This document shows, one piece after another, positions 58,155 through 64,000 of a DNA stretch of 64,000 nt (its first letter is position 1; each line of letters begins with the position of its first letter). The notes under the pieces were generated by a model, which worked only from the letters and a program-made list of their open reading frames with translations, made no database searches and was not told the DNA's origin. A program made the translations under genes and the position numbers. Source of the stretch: Nageia nagi (lineage: Eukaryota; Plantae; Pinophyta); NCBI GenBank assembly GCA_050084985.1, contig JBITNC010000001.1:70184001-70248000 (forward strand), in the 5' to 3' direction.

Positions 58155-59802
58155 TGTTGTGATCCTGGACAAAACATATAATATAATTATATATGTTACA
58201 TGATATTTGTCATTTAGTTCAGTCATAGTCATTAGCTATTAGCAATAATAAAGTATCGTATGGTTCAAGGTATGTAGACATCATTGCTTATCATCTAGAA
58301 TAAGCAACCTTTTATTATAAATAAGGTTGTTACCTAAGTAAAAAAGATCTATTTAAATATCCATACAAAACTTATGTGTTTATCACATATTAAAAGAGTA
58401 GTATCTTCTACTTCCCAAGTTGCAAGTGTAAAGGCAGTCCAATCTTGAGTGTGCATGTGCCCTCATCCCTATTTCTATGTTGTTTCATACTAACTGCCCT
58501 TATCCCTATCTCTATGTTGTTTCATACTAACTGCCCTCATCCCTATCTCTATTTTGTTTCATACTTTCCCTATTTTTATGCTCTTTCATGTTTTCTCAAA
58601 ATTAGCATAGCGTTTGGTACCAGAAAGCCATTTCGGTTCACTGTTGTTGTGCAACTAGGTTTTTATTTTTCATGTGAGAAAAAAATCAAACTTTCGCTAT
58701 GTCATATGTTTAGCGGAGATATCATTTCGTAGAAGCTTTTGAATCACCTTTAAAATAACGTTGAGAGCTTCGAAACAAGGGATCATTCACTAATTCCCGA
58801 GCAATATTGAGGGAGTTAATATGTTTGAAGTTTAAGCAGTTTTTTTTACAAATTATGAAATCTAGGGTTTGTGAAAAAAAAAAAAAAGTTTTTAAATTTG
58901 AGTTTCCAAAGAGAGAGACTTTCTACAAAACCTCAAAAAGAAAATGCCAACAAGGAAAAATCAACCAAAATTCGTCACCAAGATGGAGTTTGAGGAAATG
59001 GGTGAAAAGATAAATGAAATGATGTGTGCTATAGGAAATGAAAATTCAAAAAGGAAAAATAAAGATCAAGCACCAAAAATCGTCTACAATGTAGGTCCAA
59101 GGAAGAAAACCAAAGTTTAGTAACCAAAAGTGCTCTAAGATGCAAACGCAAGGGAGAAAAGCAAAGATCAAACAGTAGACGTGGTCTTGGACACAAATAT
59201 TTCCCATGGTGATATGGAATGATTATGAATACAAGGATGAGAGTGTTGTTATCCTATGGGAAGGAGCTCCTAATGTTATAATTGTTAAGGAAAAATTATT
59301 AGATGTAAAAATAATGGAAGAAAAGGCCATGCAAGCATGAATTGACAACATGCACCATATGAAGGCATAGACCATGCAAAAATAGAGAAAACCATGATAA
59401 TGGGGGAATCAGGAAAGTCAAGATAGGAGAAAACTCTATGGTTTCCATGATGAGTCTCGTACCATTTATCAAGATACTCATATCGCCATTGATTTGATCA
59501 TGGTGCATAGAACCTTTAACAATCAAAAACTACATGACAGATGGAGTTCCAATGTTGGATATTATGAAGAAATGACCAATTTTAAAATAGTGTGGTCAAA
59601 ATGCATCCATAAAATGTCTTGGTAGGTGATAGGTTTTCAACAAAGAAATTTAGCACCAATGACATCAGAAGAGGATGCAACAAAGAAGTTTTTTTTTCGC
59701 AAAGAGAATAATTTGTAATTAAAAAATGTTTATGGATTCACTCTTTACTAACTTTTGAGGCCAAGTGTTTTTAAAAGCGAGGAAATGTTGTGATTATAGA
59801 CA
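58155..59802 (+). mobile_element. Short non-autonomous LTR element (5' LTR, PBS, ~1.2-kb internal region, truncated 3' LTR)
   Basis: TGTTGTGATCCTGGACAA at 58155 and TGTTGTGATTATAGACAA at 59786, the latter after PPT AAAAGCGAGGAAA. PBS TGGTACCAGAAAGCC at 58615. 37-bp x3 repeat at 58458-58565. Confidence 0.65.
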
Positions 59803-62800
59803 ATGGAGAACTTGTTCGCACGTTCAATGCTAGATTTCAGAAGGCTTACTCTAGACTGGTGCCCCCAAGTAATGTTAATCAAGATATAGCTCTGCAGTTA
59901 TACTTTGGGGCCCTTAACCCTTTCATCTAGGTTTTTTCCCGAAAGGAGGGAAACATCACTACTTTGGCAAAGGCTTATGCTAAGGCAGTCAAAGTAGAAC
60001 AACAGTTCTCGCCTCAGCCCCTCACTATGAATCCACCTGGCAGTACTGTACTTTCATATCCAAATCCTCTCAATTATGTTGTCAGTTTGCAAAATGTGAA
60101 TGGTTTTCCATTGCCAAGTCTTCCCATGACTCCAAACACCATTCACCCAAATCCCATGTTGTCTTATTACTTGCAATTACAAACCCCTGTCGCCAGTACC
60201 TCAAATGCCTTGGCAATTCCTCCTAGTATCTCTGCTATGCCTTCTTTGCCTTCTCATGCAAGCTCTAATCCTCGGCCATTGTTCCTACCTGATGCGAACC
60301 ATGAAGTTGTTGCTTTTAAGAGTGAACATAATAAGGATGACACGATGGCGAATTTGGAAAGATTGGTGCAAAGGATGAGCAATGACGTCACACAAATTGA
60401 GGAACCAAGATACTCAAGGCCATTATGTTCAAAACGATAGGTCTAGAACCTATGCTTTTCAAAGGCCCAACAGGCCTTGGAACACGGCAGCAAAAAATGG
60501 CGGAGTACCCAATTCGGTTGTCAACCATGCTAGTAATGATAATCAAGTCCACAATGTTGACATCCGCATTGTGCCGATCTCGAATTGGTGCAAAATACAT
60601 TCCACAGCTGCACATAATGAAACAAATTGTCTTGAGTTCAAGACAGCCTTGAACGTCTTTTATCAAGAGATAAAAAATATGGAGATTGTCCCTGTAGATA
60701 TTCCTCCTGCTCATCAACCTGATCAAGTCTTGTTTACTGAGATGGCCGATGTTGGGGTCGATACAAAGACATTCATTTCAGATGATAAAGTATATGCTAC
60801 ACAACAACTCTTCGCTGAGGCGGAAAGTCCTTCTGTAGTGCCCCACCGATGAAGAATTATATTTTGCACAGTTGACACCAGTCCAACCTGCTTATAACTT
60901 TCGGAGAAAGGAGAAGTCCCTGATGACCACATCCACGCCTCCGAACAACTTATTCACTCCTCCATATTCGACTTCCCTAGTGAATCCTCCACCTCCCGTT
61001 CACTCGGTGCTGCAGTTCAAGCATGTCCATGTCCGCCGAGGGGAGGCATCTTCCTCTTCCATTGTTCCAACAACGAAGGTACCTGTAGGAGTAGAGCCAT
61101 CATCACAAGAGCAATCCCATGGAGAGAAGATAATGCAAGAAGGCTCCCACACCTCATCTTATGACCTCGTGGAAGAGCTAAAAAAGACCAAGTTTGTAGC
61201 TTCAATTTATGATGTTATCCAGATGGATAAACAGTATGAGCCTATCAAAAAGAAGTTGAACAAGTTCGCCTCCAATACCAAACAAAAATGGGTGCCGAAC
61301 GTCACTAAAGCATCCAAGCCAATCGAGGTGAAAGCTTTGTCCCTGCACAAGGACAAAGAGGAGTCACCACCATTCCTTTTAACACTACGAATTGCGAGTA
61401 GAAACCTGCATAATTGCATGGTAGACTCTGGTGCAGCTGGAAATGTCATGCCCCACAAGATTTGCCAACAGTTGAACGAACCTTCCCTTAACGCCTAGTC
61501 CTAAGAGGGTCACTCAACTCAACAAGTCGGAATTCAAGGTGATCGAGATGCTTTCTAACATGAACATTCAAGTAGCTTCCGAGCCACATGTGCAGCAATA
61601 CACGGACATTCAAGTGGTGGACATTCCATATTCATATGGGATCCTGCTCAACAGGGATTGGTCGAAGAAACTTAATGGGTACATATCTACTGACTTCACC
61701 CATATGTGGCTTCCATGGAAAGGACAACCAAATCAGATCAAAGTAAATAATGAGCCCCATCTCAAGGAGATGATCATGGAGTATAACAATCTGAACGAGG
61801 TTCACTTTGCACAAGAAGAGTTGGGAGTGTACACCGTGGATATTGCTTCCGACCAAGGTGGTCCCTATCCCGATACCGAATATCTTAAGACCCATTGTAT
61901 CATAATCATTTGAAGAAGACAGGTGTCTGCTCGGATGATTTGAAACTTACGAAACACAAAGCTCTTGGTTCTAAGCCTCCTGAGGAATGTTCGATTGGAT
62001 GAAGCATGAGGTTGAAAGACAATTGGAAGAACTCGAGAAAGTTGGGTACATGAGGTCAGAGAACCAAGAACCAGAAACAGAAGATGTCATTGTTGACATC
62101 GCGAAGAAAGAAATATAAGAAAATAGAGAAAAACATCACCGATTGTTGAGAGGAGAGAGTTCACATGCCCCTCCTGTCGACAACTCTAAAATCATTTGTA
62201 CTGATCCTCATGACAAAGATCCATTTTGGATACTAGTTTGATGGTTCCAAATCCAGGCTTGGAAGCAGAGCTGGAGTCGAGTTGCAGAATCCTAAAGGGA
62301 AGAGGTATCAAGCCTCATTTCGGTTGCAATTTCCCTGTACTTGCAACTCTGTCGAATATGAAGCACTGGTTCTCAGACTGAAATTAGCTCTCCGAAAGGG
62401 TGTGAAGTACCTGAAGATAATAGAAGATTCAAAGCTGGTGGTGAATCAGATCCAGAATGTCTACTCATGCAAGGATCCGAGATTGTACAGATACCAGACC
62501 CGAGTGTGGGACCTCCTAAGGGACTTGGAGTCGTTCAAAATCCAAGTTGTTTCTTGAAGACAAAATTTGGTGGCAGATTCTCTGGCCATGGCTGCAAGCA
62601 CACTCCAACCCTTGGAGAATTCTCGTTTGCAGAAGTTCACTGTTGAGCTGGTCATAGTGCCTTTCGTCCCTGACAACATTGCCCATCTTCAAGTATTCCA
62701 AGATGAATGACAAATTCAGGATTTCATGGCAAACTCTGGAGTTTTTGTTTCCCAAACCCTTGAAGAAGAATCTTTCGACTCTGATGTGGAACATAACGAA

Positions 62801-64000
62801 GGTTTAGCGAAAGAAACCCTAGATGATGGCATCATCCAATTGAAAACAAATAAGATCCCTAGGGGAATTGTAACCTTGGAACGGCTGTATGATCACGATG
62901 TAATCCACCATCAAAGTTACTGCTCGGATTGATGTTGAAGATGCCAAAGCAGTCAACTTGGGAACGGAGTCAGAACCCAAGAACGTCCTCTTTGGGAAAT
63001 CCTACATTGGCACCGAAAGAGCGGAAATTATTCGCGTCATATGTGAGTTCATAGATATCACAGCATGGAGGTATAAGCATCTTAAGACTTATGATCCCAG
63101 TATCATTACTCATACTATTCCCCTCAGACCGAACGTGAAGCCTTTCAGATAGAAGCAAAGGGTGGTTAATCTCATCCTGGAGCCCTTGATTTTGCAAGAA
63201 GTTCAAAAATTGGCTTAGTCCAAGATTATATTTCCAATTAAGCACTCGTCCTGGGTTGCGAATATAGTTCCTATGTGAAAGAAAAATGGAGAGATACGGG
63301 TTTGCATTGAGTTCAGACATCTCAACTAGGCTTCTAAGAAAGATAATTACCCTCTTCCCTCCCTAGACGAGGTCTTGCAGATCGTAAATGGTTCACAAAC
63401 GATGTCCTTTTAGGACGGATATTCAAGTTACAATCAGATTTTGGTTGATGAAAAAGATAGATTGAAGATAACCTTCACCACCATGTGGGGAATATTTGCC
63501 TACAATCGAATGCCCTTCGCCTTGATAAATGTTGGCGCTACGTTCCAGCAAGCCATGGATTTTGCCTTCCAAGGATTGATCGAGAAGTCCATCGTCATTT
63601 ATATGGATGATTTGATAGTGTTTTCGAAAGACAAATCTTCTCATGCAGAGGATTTAAGGAGGATTTTTAAAAGATGTAGAAAATTTGGAATGTCCTTGAA
63701 TCCCAAGAAGTGCATTTTCGACACTTCCAAAGGAAGACTATTGGATCATGTCATCTCAGAGCATGGAATTTCTATTGATCCCGAAAGGGTGGATGCCATT
63801 CAAAAAATCCCATATCCCTCAAGTGTTAAGGAATTGAGGTCATTCATGGGCGATATTAATTTTGTCCACAAGTTCATCTCATGTGAAAATTGCTAAACCC
63901 ATCAATGACATGTTGAAAAAGGATGCTAAGATAGTGTGGGATGAAAAGGCGCATCAAGCTTTTCATGACCTTAAAGGTGCCATTTCCAACGCTCCCATCC
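59803..64000 (+). mobile_element. Ty3/Gypsy Tat-lineage gag-pol pseudogene, order GAG-PR-aRH-RT (continues beyond window)
   Basis: Gag VRTFNARFQ; protease PPFLLTL..NLHNCMVDSGAAGNVMP; aRH W.L.FDGS..G..AG..L.NP.G..FRLQFPCTCNSVEYEALVL..DSKLVVNQI at ~62225-62600; RT W..NIVP..KKNGEIRVC, LDGYSSYNQI, MPFALINVGATFQ, IYMDDL. Confidence 0.9.

Overview
Eukaryotic plant nuclear DNA, very probably gymnosperm. That assignment is inferred from multi-kb TE-filled introns, a Tat retroelement with aRH upstream of RT, and heavily deaminated old TEs. Two host genes face each other. The last three exons of a dihydroflavonol-4-reductase-type gene lie at 1-749 (+). The last seven exons of a chloroplast S1-domain RNA-binding protein gene (SDP/At1g12800-like) lie at 30075-57987 (-) and continue beyond the window, with introns of 13.6, 8.3, 4.8 and >6 kb. 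Almost everything else is nested, decayed transposable elements: Copia, several Gypsy lineages, L1 and RTEX-like LINEs, hAT, MITE/Pack-type elements and tandem repeats. The most unusual object is a roughly 9-kb composite at about 12.4-21.6 kb. It contains an intron-containing Sola2-type DDD transposase pseudogene (+), a 2.9-kb satellite built from telomeric TTTAGGG variants upstream of the core, a 22/13-bp minisatellite, a decayed tRNA-Lys(UUU) gene and a convergent multi-exon gene of unknown function (-). It may be an undescribed multi-gene seed-plant Sola transposon family, but its termini were not found. All family calls come from motif recognition by eye; no database searches were run.
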